A stretch of DNA of 64,000 nucleotides. It comes from Cyanophora paradoxa CCMP329. Lineage: Eukaryota; Plantae; Glaucophyta. Shown here piece by piece: positions 11,174-22,997 of the stretch (the first letter of the stretch is position 1; every line of letters starts with the position of its first letter). A model generated the notes under the pieces. It saw only the letters and a program-made list of their open reading frames with translations, made no database searches and had not been told where the DNA came from. The DNA lies in NCBI GenBank assembly GCA_004431415.1, contig QPMI01000470.1, forward strand, positions 62,001 to 126,000. The letters run 5' to 3'. Both the position numbers and the translations under genes were made by a program.

Positions 11174-14100
11174 ATGGCCGCTGCAACTGCCATGCATCGA
11201 CCGCCGCTGCAGAAGCTGCTCGCCATCGCAGCTGTAGCGCTTTTTCTGCTCATCGAGGAGGCGGGCGCAAGGGCCGCAGCGCCGGCCCCGACCGCGGCCG
11301 CAAAAGCAGCCGCGAAAACAGTCGCGCAACAACAACGGCCGCGGCACATGTACACCGCGAACTCCAGCGCCGCACATCGAGTCATTGCGGTCCGCTTATC
11401 CTCAGTCCGCGGTCCTAAAACGAGTCGCACATGCTGACCGTGCATCTGTTTCAAATTCGCGCTGCGCGTGGCGCGCGCAGGTTTTTCGCAGGGGAACGCC
11501 GCTGGAGGTGCGCCGCAGATCTAGTTCTAGAACCTCGCGCCGCGCTCAAGTGGCAGCTTTGGATTCGCCCTTGAGCGGCCGACAGATCGCGCGGCGGATC
11601 GCGAAAGAGGCGCGGCAGCTGACGGAGGCGGCGGGCGCGGCGCTCCTGCGGCCGCTCGGGCTCGCCGCGAGGCTGCGGCACTTCCGGCACGCCCTCGCCG
11701 GCTTCTCGGCGCCGTGCGTGCACGCGGGCCACATTCATGCATATGGGCTGGACTGCAATGCGTTACCACTGGGCCAGCTTTAGATCTAGATATCTGACTT
11801 GGTACGCGTATGCGCACGCCCAGGCTCTCGGGAGAGGCGCTCGAGTACCTCCAGTCGCGCCCCGAGGTCGCGTTTGTGGAGCGGGACCGGCGGCTGTACG
11901 CCGGCATTTGCCCGCACAGCTGCAGCCCCGGCGCGAATTCGAAACAGGGGGAATGCAAAATTCCGAAACCGAAAAGGTTCGAATGAAGCGCTAGCGCTTG
12001 ACTAGGCTATGATCTCGCAGTTACCAGAAATCGAACGCGAATTCGATCAGGTTAAAACGGAGTCTAGATCTGGAGCGGGCCGCCGCGGGCGCCGTCAATC
12101 CGGATCCCAAAGTGGCCGGCCGGTTTCTCGAGGCGGTGCAGCGCTCGCCGGCGAGCTGGGGCCTCGACCGCATCGAGTGCGCGACCCATGGCCAGAATCC
12201 GGATCAATAGAAATTCGGCGCAGCCAGCATCGATATATATCCCTTTACTTTCGGCGCAGCCAAAGGGACCTGCCGCTTGACGGCGTCTACCGCCACAACG
12301 GCACAGGCGCGCCGCTCCGAATTCGATTCAATTCGAATCCGAATTCACGTTAAATTCGATTTCGATCCGGCCCCTCGCGATCAAGCCCGCGCCCGCGGCC
12401 GGCCCCCGGGCCCTGCCGCTAACCGGGACCCCCCGCGCGTCTCCGCGCGCAGGCGAGGGCGTCAACGTTTACATCGTGGTGCGAATATGCGCCCCCCGCA
12501 GGCGTCGCGAAAAAGCTCTCGTTCGAATTCGAATTTGAATTTAATTCTCGACGCTTGCAGTCCTCCAGCGCCCTTCCAGCGTTTTAAGCTCCCTCATTCG
12601 AGAACGACTTTGAATTTGAATTCGAACTTTCAAACAGGACTCCGGGATCGCGTACCACGAGGACTTCGGCGGCGAGGGGCGCCTCTTCGCCGGCTTCGAC
12701 GGGTACCGCAAATGCGCGCGCGGGCAACCCGCTGTACCCCCCCTGCCCCCTCAATCCCCCATCCCCCCCTTCCCCACCCCCGCCTCTTCCTTCTAGTCCC
12801 CTCTCAGCCCCTCCTCCCCCTCCCCCGGACCCCTACCCGACGCCCGCTCCCTGTACCCCGCCCTCTCCCCCGCCTCCTACCTCCTATAGCTACCCCCGCC
12901 TGCCCCTCCCCCGCCGCCCCTGCCCAATTAATATAATATTGCACGTCCCCGCCCGCTTGACCGCTCCCCCGGTCCCCCCCCCCCCCCCCCCCCACTCTGA
13001 CCGTTACGTTACTTCGTTATATCCACCCTCTTGTCCCCGGGCCCCGACCCGCCGGCCGCGGCCTCAATCGAGTTCCCTCTCCGCACGGGTACCGGTGACT
13101 TCGCTCGCAGGGAGCGACCCGATGTTCGGGCGGGACGACTGTGCCGGCCACGGCACCCACGTGTGAGCCCGAGCCCGGGCCCGAGCTCGAGCCGCCTAAA
13201 GCTTAAGCTTGAGCTTTGAATGCCTGCCTGCCTGCCTAGACATGCATTCGATACGTATATATATACCCCGATACACTACCACCACCCCCCTTCCCCCCAT
13301 CGCGCCCTGGCCTGCCCTGTGCTGTCCTTGATTTCGACTCGGCGGCTTCAATTCGCGCAGGGCCGGCGTGGTGGGGGGGCGGTCCTTCGGGGTGGCCAAG
13401 GCCGCCCGCCTCGTCTCCGTCCGCGTGCGCCCGGAAAGATAGTCTAAGCTTAAGGCAGCCTTAGGGCGCCAGCCACCGGGGAAGGTTAGAGGTGATAAAG
13501 AACACCTTCGAATTCCTTCGAAGAGCGCCGGTTGCCCCGCCCGAAACAAAGGCCCCGCTCCTATATATAAGATTTAGTTTATTTTAGAGATCAATTAATA
13601 TAGGTCGCTGAACTGTCTCCTAAACTAAATATTGTACCGTTGAAGGCCGCCCGGCCCGCCTCGTCTCCGTCCGCGTGCGCCGGCCCCATGCCATGCGCCC
13701 CGCCCCCATCCTCTCCAATTCCAATTTCATTCCAATCCCGCGCGCCCCTATCCCGCGCACCTTGACATGAAGGCCGATTGCCTCTATTCTTCCGATTCGA
13801 ATTTGCAATTCGCACCAGGTCCTCGAGTGCGACTCGGAGGGCAAGATCTCCGGCTACCTCGTGCGCGAAATCCGCCGCCGAAGAATTTCGCGCGGCCAAA
13901 GCTGCGCTCGGATTCTAATTTCGCTGCTGGAGAATAATGAAAAAAGTCTTATAAGACACTATGTAATTTTAAAATTAAAATCACGTAGTTGCTCTTATTA
14001 TAAGACCAAATGGATCGGGCTCCAATCTCGCAGTCCTCGATCGTCGCGGGGCTCGACTGGGTGCTGCGGAACCACCGGGCCCCCGCCATCGTGGTGCGGT

Positions 14101-17000
14101 CGACACGCTCTCCGCTCCTGAGCTGCGCGCATCAAATTCATAACTGCGCCACGCGCTCCGTCTCGAGTCTGACCCCCGCCCGCGCCGTTTGATCCCCGTC
14201 CGCGCCATCTGAGCCGCCTGAGCCGCCTGAGCCAAGCGGACATGCGCAGAACCTGAGCTTCGGGGGCCCCGGGAGCTCGCCCTCCATGAACGCCATCGCA
14301 AAGAGGTCCGATTCGATTCGGGCCCCGCCTGAAGAACTTGTAATTAGTGAACTTCGGAAGCTCGTTTTAAATCGATTAGCTTCTTAGCTGATAAGCTTCA
14401 TATTGATTAGGTTCTTAGCTGAGAAGCTAATAAGCGTGAAGCTTAATGGAGGGCGATGGCGTTTATGAGGTCCGGGCCCCGCCCGCCTGAACCTCGTGAA
14501 GCTCATTCTAATCGGATAGCTTCACTGGGCCCAGTGAAGCTCATTTAGAATTGATCGAATAGCTAAGATGCCCTTAGCTCAAATTTCGAATAGTGAAATT
14601 AACTGGTGAAGCTCATTTAAGATTAGCGAACTCGAAGCTCATGATCAGAAGCCCCAAGCCCTAGAGCCGAGGGCTGACCCCCGGGCCCTGGTGAAGGGCT
14701 CCACCCAGCTTTACAGAACTCAGTGAAGCTCATACTTAATCGGATAGCTTCACTGAGCGCAGTGAAGCTCATTTAGAATTGATCGAATAGCTAATTATAA
14801 GATGCCCTTGGCTCAAATTTCGAATAATAACCCCGGGCGGGGCCGCGCAGCCTGTACGAGGCGGGTGTGCCGGTGGTGGTCGCCGCGATGAACGACGGCC
14901 TCGATGCCTGCTCCTACACCCCCGCCAACAGGCCCGCCCGGCGCCCGCCCGCTTTATAAAGGAGGCCTAGGATGGCTATATATGCAGACGGAGCGAATAT
15001 AAAGGAGGAGGACTAATCTAAGCTGCATGCGTATTATATAAAGCCTGCTCACGATATCGATTCGCGCCGCTCCCGTCTGATTCGCGTTCGTTCGGGGGGC
15101 AGCCCCTACGCGGTGGCCGTGGGGGCGACGGAGATCCGCGGGGGCAGGTCCGCGCCAGCCCCGCCCTAGGCCTGCCCCGTGCTCCCCACAACCTTAAAGC
15201 GGCCTTAAAGCTCGAAGGTCCGTTAAACGTTCCTCCGCCGGCCCCTGCCCTGTACTCTGGATCCCCGCTGCCCTGTACTCCCCCCACCCGCCCCGCCCTT
15301 GAACCAAAGCTTTTCGCCTTGCTCCTTGCTCCCCGCTACCTTCTATGTAATAAAAGCTTCGCACCTGAGAGCCCGGCCTCAGCTTCTTTCTCACCTGAGA
15401 ACGCGGCCTTCTCACTCATGATCACCTGAGGCAGGGACGCGCTGGCGCCCTACTCGAACCGGGGGCCCTGCCTCTCCCTCCTTGCCCCGGGCACCTCCAG
15501 TGCGCTCGTCCGCCCACTGACTCGGTGAGTCGGACCCACAACTCGCGCCTCACGAATCGCGAGCGCAGTCACGTCGGCGTTCCACCGGTCGCCGGGGAGC
15601 CGCGAGGTCATGACCGGCACCAGCATGGTCCGCGCCCTTCAAAAGCTTTTTAAGAGAACGCTTTAAGAAGCGTTGAGAAAACTAACAGCGAAGCTTAAAA
15701 TCAAGAAGATTTAAGAGCTTTGGAAGCTTATAATCAAGAAGAGCTGATGAGCTAACAGCTTTTGCCCCCCGGGCCGGCACCAGCATGGCAAGCCCCGCCC
15801 CGCCCTTGCCCCGCACCGCCCCGCCCCGCCCCGCGAAAGCGCATTCCTGTGTTGCTCTGAGCGGGGCGTGGGGTGCGCAGGCGGCCCCGCACGTCACCGG
15901 CGCGGCGGGTGCGCGAGCCCCAAGCGCCCGTTACCGGCGTTTTTCGCGCCGCGAAATTCGAAGCGTCGAATTTCGCAGCGGTGCTGATGGGGGCGCCCCA
16001 CTTCCGATCGGGCCCAGGCGCCATCGCCGCGCTCCTCAGCCAGGTCCGGCCTCTCATAATAATCTCATAATCAGTGTCATCTCAGACATTCTAAGACGGG
16101 CGCTGTCGTCCGCTCTTTTTCTAGAATTTGACAGCTTATTTCTATTCTCTTTATCCAAGCCTTAGCTATTCTTGACTTGCGTTTTTGAGAACGATTGCAG
16201 GCGACGCCGCTTGAGGGGGCGGGGGGCACCCTCCGCGCCGCCTCCGCCCCCGGCGCCTCCGCCGCCGCCTCTGTCGTCCACGGCTCCGGTTCCACTTCGA
16301 ATTCGAATTCGAATTCGAAGGTGGGACCAGAGGAGAATATATATATTGATATCTATCCCTTTTCGCTTATCCAAATCTTCTTTATCCACGCCTTCTTTAT
16401 CTTAGGGGGGACCAGAGGAGTTCCCATCAGCCCCCGTCCTCTACGCGGGGGCCGTACCCGTCGACTTCGACTCCCCTCCCCTCTCTCCGCCCCTCTTCTC
16501 AAGCCCCGGCGCTGCGCCGCCGCCGCCGGCGGGCCCGGGCTCCGATCCGGAAGGGTGCGCGTGCCCCGCGGGGTGCCCCGCGGGCCTCGTTTGCGCGTAC
16601 GGGCGCTGCCGGCGGGCGGCCCCCGAGGAGCCGGCCAGCCCCCTGCCCCTCGACCTTGACAACGTTAACGGCACCGGTACGCTGCATTAACATTACTGAT
16701 AAGGACCGAGGCGCTCTAAGAAAATAAAAGCTCTGTAAGAATCTTCCCAGTCTCTAGAAGAAGCTTCAAGTTAGGCGCTCTCTCATTCGTCTTTGCAGCG
16801 CTCGCGTTCCGGTCCCTCCGCGGGCGGGCGGCCCCGCCTCCGCCTCCGAAGCCGGCGGCCCTGCCGGCCCCGGACCCCTCGAGCTCGGCTCCGGAGGGGC
16901 AGGCGGCGAGCCCCTCGCCAAGCCCGGCGGTGACCGCGGGCCGCCCCCAGAAGCTCCCGGCGGGGTGCGCGCGCCCCGCCCTGGCCCCTCGAGCCCATCC
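11174..17000 (+). CDS. Secreted subtilisin-like serine protease (S8, proteinase K subfamily) with I9 propeptide, multi-exon
   Basis: Signal peptide (LLAIAAVALFLL) and propeptide (ALAGFSA, VAFVERD). Mature domain: SWGLDRIDQRDLPLDG (12150-12306), GEGVNVYIV|DSGI (catalytic Asp, ~12638), DDCAGHGTHV (His, ~13150), FGVAKAARLVSVR, NLSFGG, VVVAAMNDGLDAC, AVAVGAT, YSNRGPC..LAPG, MTGTSM|AAPHVTGAA (Ser, ~15622). 3' end approximate. Confidence 0.9.
14495..14828. repeat. Intronic direct repeats (~95-105 bp) with many GTGAAGCTCAT sub-repeats
   Basis: gtgaagctcat..taatcggatagcttcactg..cagtgaagctcatttagaattgatcgaatagctaa..agatgccctt.gctcaaatttcgaata at ~14495 and ~14722. Confidence 0.8.
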
Positions 17001-17136
17001 ATTCCTGGCCCCTCAGCATTTCAAGCTCAGCAGCTTAGCCTTGGGCTAAGGATGAAATTAAAGTTACGAGATCTAGAGGATCTATAGCTAGATCTAGTCC
17101 AAGCGCGAGCTTAGATTGAACGCGGGCGGGGCCCCG

Positions 17137-17341
17137 GGCGCAGAGTGGCGAGGGCCCTGGAGCGGAGGCGGCGCCTGCACGCCGCCACCGCGGCGGGGCG
17201 GGGGCGGGGGCGGGGGCGGCGGAGGGGGCGGCGCCGGCGGCGGGGGAAGGGGGCGCGGCGCCCTTCGAAGGGTTCGACTTCTACCTTTGATACCTAGCGT
17301 GTAAGATAGCGAATAGCAGACCGGTACCGCCAACGAAACGG
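17137..17341 (+). repeat. Dispersed ~200-bp repeat, copy 1
   Basis: Shares ggaggcggcgcctgcacgccgccaccgcggcgggg, ctacctttgata.ctagcgtg and cgccaacgaaac with 19635-19822. Confidence 0.8.
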
Positions 17342-17429
17342 CCTACACATTCGTAAACGTGGCAAGTGCTCGAACTGTATACGTAACGCAGAAGGTATAC
17401 GTATACGCTACAAATGTAATTACCCCCTC

Positions 17430-19400
17430 GAGCTCAGCGGCTCAGAGAGAGCTGAATCGTTCGTTCGATACGGCTCGGGGGTACCGGTATTCTTCGAACA
17501 GGCTTTCGACAGGCTTCAAACAGGATCCTGATCCTTACGAACTGCTCGCTCTTTTTTTAGATTCCACCCCGGCCCGGACACCCCTTGCATATCGCTTCTT
17601 CGAATTCGGCTTCAAGGCGTCCAAAAGTCGACTTCGAGGCTAGATTGATATCGGAACACCGGCTTGCAAATTTGAGTACCTACTAACCTGCAGGTAGCGC
17701 TGCGAGATCGAACCTACTTCTGGCTCTTGTCGAGGAATTTCGAGTTCGCACTCGCCGCGGCTCGAGCTCCTAGCGGAGGCTTTTTGATGGGGTAGAGTTT
17801 CCTGCGTGCAAATTTAGTTTTGTCGGTAGCGGTCGGCTCGGGATATATGCCGGATCTAGGCTGCAATATTTATCGAGTGCAACGAACGGCCTCGGGGTTC
17901 TCGGTTTCGGTTGCTCGTGCGCTGTCTTGGGTACCGGGAGTAGGAAAAGCGGAGTGCCGTCCGAGCGGTAGTGGCCTGCAGAATGCAGAAATCAGCGACG
18001 GCTCTGAAGCCCGCACAGCTGCAGGCAGTACTACGGTACATCCAAACAAAAGCAAAGGAATTATATATTAATTATACAAATAGCGGATTGCCGTCCGAAG
18101 ACAGAGATCATAAGGAATTCGAACGGCGCCGCAGGCTGCGCACCCAAACGAAAGCACATATTCAAGACGCCCCCTTCGGCAGTTGCGGCGTCGCGATAAC
18201 GAATCTGCACTGATGCGCCGCCGTGGGGGTTTCCTTCATCTCCAATTCAGCACTCTGAATAGAGAACGACGGCAGAATCAATAAATACCCGGCAGGAGGA
18301 ACTTGACGACAGATCCGTGGCAAAGGCGGATTTCTTCGAAATCTCCAAGGAGCCGCTTCGCCCCCTGGATCTGCTCCGCGCCGATCTCAAGGCACTCCTG
18401 AGGGCACGTTTCCGGAGACAAAGGGCTCGAGAAAAGCTCCACATCCATTGTTTTGCACTGGATGCCCGTGCGAGCTGCGAAATCCAGTATTTCCTCCTCG
18501 AATTCGCCAGGAATCTCCAAAAGCTGCGGAACCCATTTCTTCCTTAAGCTTGTTCTGTCTCGCAGAGATATCGTTTTGGGAGTTATTCTTAAATCGAACC
18601 CTGAATCCAGAAGGAATCACAGGGCCATCTTCATCCTCAGTCTGGAAAATCTGACGGATTTCTCCGGCAATCCGTCTCGCAAGCTTCACGCCAGGCGGCA
18701 GCATCGGCTTCCTGCGCAGCGTCGCCGAGAAGCGGAGCCACTCGTCGAACTCGCAGTCGTAGAGCTTGCGAACGCGCTGTTCGTCTTGAAGCTGGCCGAA
18801 GGCGAAGCATGTTCGTTTGCAGAAGAAGGCTTTTGCGCCATCCTCTTTCGCGCGAAACTCCTCCTCCGTGACAAGGTTGACCTGTGCGCTCGCTCATCCG
18901 AGCTCGCGCTATTTTGAATGCTTCTAAACTTGCGGACAGCAAAACGTTCCGGGGAGCCGGGGCGAATGCCTCTAGAGCTAAATTCGCGGTTGACGTTGGC
19001 AATTTTAATTTTGCTCAAAGGCGCAATAGCTTTTCGCACCTCCGAGAGCGCGAAAACGGAAGAGCTCAGAGCCTCGACGCAGTCGCTGTACAGGAGCTCG
19101 CCCGGCTCTATTGCGCCGACCAGGTTCGCGAGGGCTTCGCCAACTTGGGATATTTCGCGCGGCAGCCAGCGAACGAAGGGTAGAATGGCGCTCCCAGCAT
19201 CCTTGCAGATGCTCTCCACGCGCCCGATCGGGTGAATAGCACATACACAGCCACATCGCTGCGGAAAGAAAGAATTGCATTCGATCTAGATCTCGCCCAG
19301 AGGCGCGCATGCGCATCGGCGCGCTGATTGATATACGCACCGGTACCTGATCATGATGATGATCATCGAACTCGTAGATCCTTCCAACTACGAGCTCCAT
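17430..19400 (-). CDS. Hypothetical protein gene or pseudogene (lower GC, a few introns)
   Basis: MELVVGRIYEFDDHHHDQ followed by a GT intron, then ORFs 18686-19219, 18387-18704 and 18278-18520 with protein-like composition. In-frame stops or shifts are not resolved. Confidence 0.35.
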
Positions 19401-19634
19401 CTGTACCAGCTGGCGCTAGCTGAAAGAAGAAGCTTAAGAGGATGGAAAAGATCTATTAGAGGGATAATATCGAGGGAAATATGGGAGGGATTTAAACGGC
19501 GCGCGGCTCGGCGGCCGGCCCGGCGGGGCGCATGCGCGCGCAGGGTGGACAAGATCGAGAGAAAAATGGGATGGAATTAAATGAACGGCGCGCGGGGCGC
19601 AGCTTATATAATTCTAATCAATCGGCGCGGACTG

Positions 19635-19822
19635 GGCGCAGGGTAGCGAGGGCTCTGGAGGCGGCGCCTGCACGCCGCCACCGCGGCGGGGTCGGGGGCG
19701 GCGGAGGGGGATCCGGCCGGCGGAGGTGGCCCTGAATGGGCGGGGCGCCTTTCAAGGGGTTAGATTACTACCTTTGATAACTAGCGTGATAGATATAGGC
19801 CGGGCATCGCCAACGAAACAGA
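19635..19822 (+). repeat. Dispersed ~200-bp repeat, copy 2
   Basis: Diverged direct copy of 17137-17341. Confidence 0.8.
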
Positions 19823-20104
19823 CTACTCAGCCATTGCTCGCGGTCATATCGAAGCGCAGGACTGGAGTTATACTAGCAGACCGCGCCCGGCCCTGTGCAA
19901 GTGCGGCGGCAAGTGCGGGCCGCGCGCGGAGGTGCAAGGGGGGGTACTGGTACACATTGCAGGGTACTTGGGGGAGGCGGGGGCGCAGGGGAGGGGGCGG
20001 AGGGGCAGCTAGAGAGGCAAGGCGGGCGGCCGGGCGAGGCGGGTAGGTGGGTGGCGACGCGGGCGGCGGCACCAGGCGGCGGGCAGGCGAGGGCGGCGGC
20101 GGGC

Positions 20105-20700
20105 GGGAAAGCGGGAGGGCGGGCGGCACCGGGCCCTGCGCGTTGCCTGCGCATGCGCAGATCCGAGGCGTCAGCTCGCCCCGGACAGCGGCCGTGCGGG
20201 GGCGAGGCCCAGCGGGGGCGGCCGGGCCAGGTGCGCAGCAGCAGCGGCGGGGCGAACCTGGAGCAGACGAAGCTGAAGCAGCCGGCAGGGCGGCGGGCGG
20301 GGAAGCGGGCGGAGCGGCAGGTGGCACCGGACCCTGCGCGTAGCCTGCGCATTCGCAGATCCGAGGCGTCAGCTCGCCCCGGACAGCGGCCGTGCGGGGG
20401 CGAGGCCCAGCGGGGCCGGGCGGGTCAGTTGCGAAGCAGCAGCGGCGGGGCGAACCTGGAGTCGACGAAGCTGAAGCAGCCGACAGGGCGGCGGGCGGGG
20501 AAGCGGGCGGAGCGACAGGTGGCGCCGGGCCCTGCGCGTAGCCTGCGTGCGCAGGGCCGAGGCGTCAGCTCGCCCCGGACAGCGGCCGTGCGGGCGCAGG
20601 GCCCAGCGAGGTCGGCCGGGTGACGCGCGCGGCAGCAGCGGCGCCGGCGGGGCGAACCTGGAGTCGACGAAGCTGAAGCAGCGGGCGGGGCGACGGGCAG
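20105..20700. repeat. ~200-bp tandem repeat, about 3 copies
   Basis: ccgaggcgtcagctcgccccggacagcggccgtgcggg at ~20163, ~20361 and ~20557; ggggcgaacctggag..gacgaagctgaagcagc also occurs three times. Confidence 0.9.
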
Positions 20701-20922
20701 GGAGCAGATGCTGAAGCAGCGGGCGCGCGGAGCAGCTGGGAGCAGCGGGCAGGAAAGCAGCCCGGCGCGGCGTACTACGATACTAGGAGCAGCTGCGCAT
20801 ACTGCGACGCCGCCACCCTCCGCAACCGTAGTACAGCTAGTACGGAGCGCCGGCCGCGGGTCAAGCCACGCATTCGGTCCGGCCGTCCGGATGGGATCTA
20901 GAAGATGCGCAAGACGAGTTGC

Positions 20923-21630
20923 TCAACGACATGGCAAGATCTGCACCCGAGCGGCCTTGTCAAAGCCGTCGGCGAGCTCGAGTCTGCATGCCCAGCTCGG
21001 GATTGCCGGGAGGCGCGCGAGCTCACCTAGGCCTTCCATCTGGCAAGAACGTGGAATGTCTGAAACGATCGCAATCGCCGAGCTCGGTTCTGCGGGCGGC
21101 GGGCGCCGGTTACTCAGAACCATCGGCGCACACTCGGCCAAGCGGCGCGCACCGGAACGCGACGTCGCGGGCGCCTTCTTCCTGCACTGACGAACGTGCT
21201 TGTACAGGTTGTCTTGCCGAGTGAAGTGCTTCCCGCAGCGAGTGCATTTGTCGCCCGGATGGCAGCCGCGCGGGTTGGAGCAAGGCTGCAAGCTCGGGCA
21301 AAGATCAACTTCGCTTGCGAATACGTCTGTCGGCCGCGGACCCGGGCGAAGTGCCATGACGACGCAGGAGAACGAAGTACGGGTACGGCAACACGATCTC
21401 CTCCAACTCGCAGGAGCGCTTTTTTCCGGCGCCCGGTACAACAGGTACTTGAGGCGGTCTAGCGCCCGCACGCCGCTTCTCGGGCCCGGGCATGTATGAC
21501 AGAGTTTGTAGAGCGCATTGAGAGCAATCAGAAGCACGTGGTCCGGCGCGTATAGCAATAGTAGGTGAGGAGCGAGCTCGACATGTTTGCGCAGCCACGC
21601 CCCTGCATTTTTTTCCGCCGCTCGCAGCGG
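20923..21630 (-). pseudogene. C2H2-like zinc-finger ORF, possibly the 3' remnant of a LINE related to the 23.8-29.0 kb element
   Basis: CTRCGKHFTRQDNLYKHVRQC, preceded by a helical segment (LLIALNALYKL) resembling the post-zf-RVT region and followed by Pro/Ala-rich repeats. Confidence 0.4.
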
Positions 21631-21756
21631 CTACGATGCGATCACACCTATACGAGAGCGCATGCAAAGAATCACATCTTACAAAAATTGCTAACACAGA
21701 AAGCTAAGTACGCCGCACCAACTCACCAGGGGAGCAAGGGAGGGGGTACCCCCCCC

Positions 21757-22602
21757 TTTTTTTTTTTTTTGAAAGTCTGCTGCATTCGTACACACTTGAC
21801 AACAGTCCCCCGCTCCGGCGGCTCCACGCCTACCGGATACTGAGATGCTGACTGCAAGAGGAGATAGATAACAAGAGTGCTACAGCTAGTAGTCGTGTCG
21901 AGCTAGTGCCTTAGCTGTAGTCTACCGAGTCGTCTCCAGAACATAATATGCGCCGGTCCTCTAGCAGTGAGCGCGGCAGAAAGATGTAGGCCCAGAAAAC
22001 CGGAGCCCCATTAGTTAGGGCCCGGATGAAAAACTGGTGGTCGCGCAGCAAGAGCCGCGCTCCTCAGCCGCCTCCACGGCGAGCGCTGAGTCCAGAGTCG
22101 CCGCCAGCCGCCGAGCTGCAGCGCCGCGCAGCGAGCCGCGCGTCAACATCGCGGGCAGCTGCAGCTGGGCGCGGCATCGCCAATGCCCGGCGGGAACCCA
22201 GGCTGGTCGGCGGGAGCCGAGCAGCACGCCATCTCCTCCAGAGCCGAGCACCGCGCCCTTCTCTGCGTCGCTCCTCCTACTGCCGCGGCCAGCTTGGTCC
22301 GCCCTCGCTAGATTTGCGCCTAGACATGCTGGAACGCGCGGGCGCTGTTGCGCAGAGCGGCGCCGACGCAGAGAAGCCCGAACTAGAGGCAATGAGCACT
22401 GCTGAGACCGCTGATCTGACCTGGGGCCGCACGCCCAACCGCGCCCGCCGACGAACGAATCGCCTAACGGACACTGCGGCTAAGCGGCTAGAAGCGCTTC
22501 TAGACCTTACTGAGGCGACCTGTGCCCTCCGGGCGCGCGCCCGGCGGGCGCTTCTCCCGCCCCGCCGACCTACGTTGCGCGCCCTTCCCGGGGTACAGAA
22601 TC
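21757..22602 (-). mobile_element. ~845-bp retroposed insertion (SINE-like or 5'-truncated LINE) with polyA tail and ~19-bp TSD
   Basis: T14 run at 21757-21770. Flanking direct repeat ggagggggtaccccccc(c)tt at 21739-21758 and 22603-22621. Confidence 0.75.
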
Positions 22603-22841
22603 GGAGGGGGTACCCCCCCTTGCAATGTACGCTAGCGCTACGAACTGGAATCTGTAATTTGAATTACCTGTATTAATATTACCCCGGCGCCGGCCCGGCG
22701 TTGCAATTTACATTGCAATTGCAATTGCAGCAGTTTAAATGTACATTTGCATTTTGCATTTGCAGCCGAGATCTAGACCGATTACGTTTTTGGTCTCCCA
22801 CCCAATTTGCAACCTACTAGGCTAGTGGAAAGAAGTGGAAA

Positions 22842-22997
22842 GATCTGATCTGATCTGCTCGCCTCCTCTCCGCTTCGCCCCTCCGAGGCTCCGCCCCGCC
22901 CCGCCCCGCCCCGCCCCGGCCCGCCCCGCCCCGCCCCGCCCCGCCCCGCCCGCCCCGCCCCGATCCGATCCGATCCGATCCGATCTGATCTGATCTA
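22842..22997. repeat. Compound pentamer microsatellite (GATCT)n-(CCCCG)n-(GATCC)n-(GATCT)n
   Basis: Directly visible. Confidence 0.9.

Noticed and set aside
17137-19822. LTR retrotransposon
   Set aside because: No gag/pol motifs, PBS, TG..CA ends or TSD seen.
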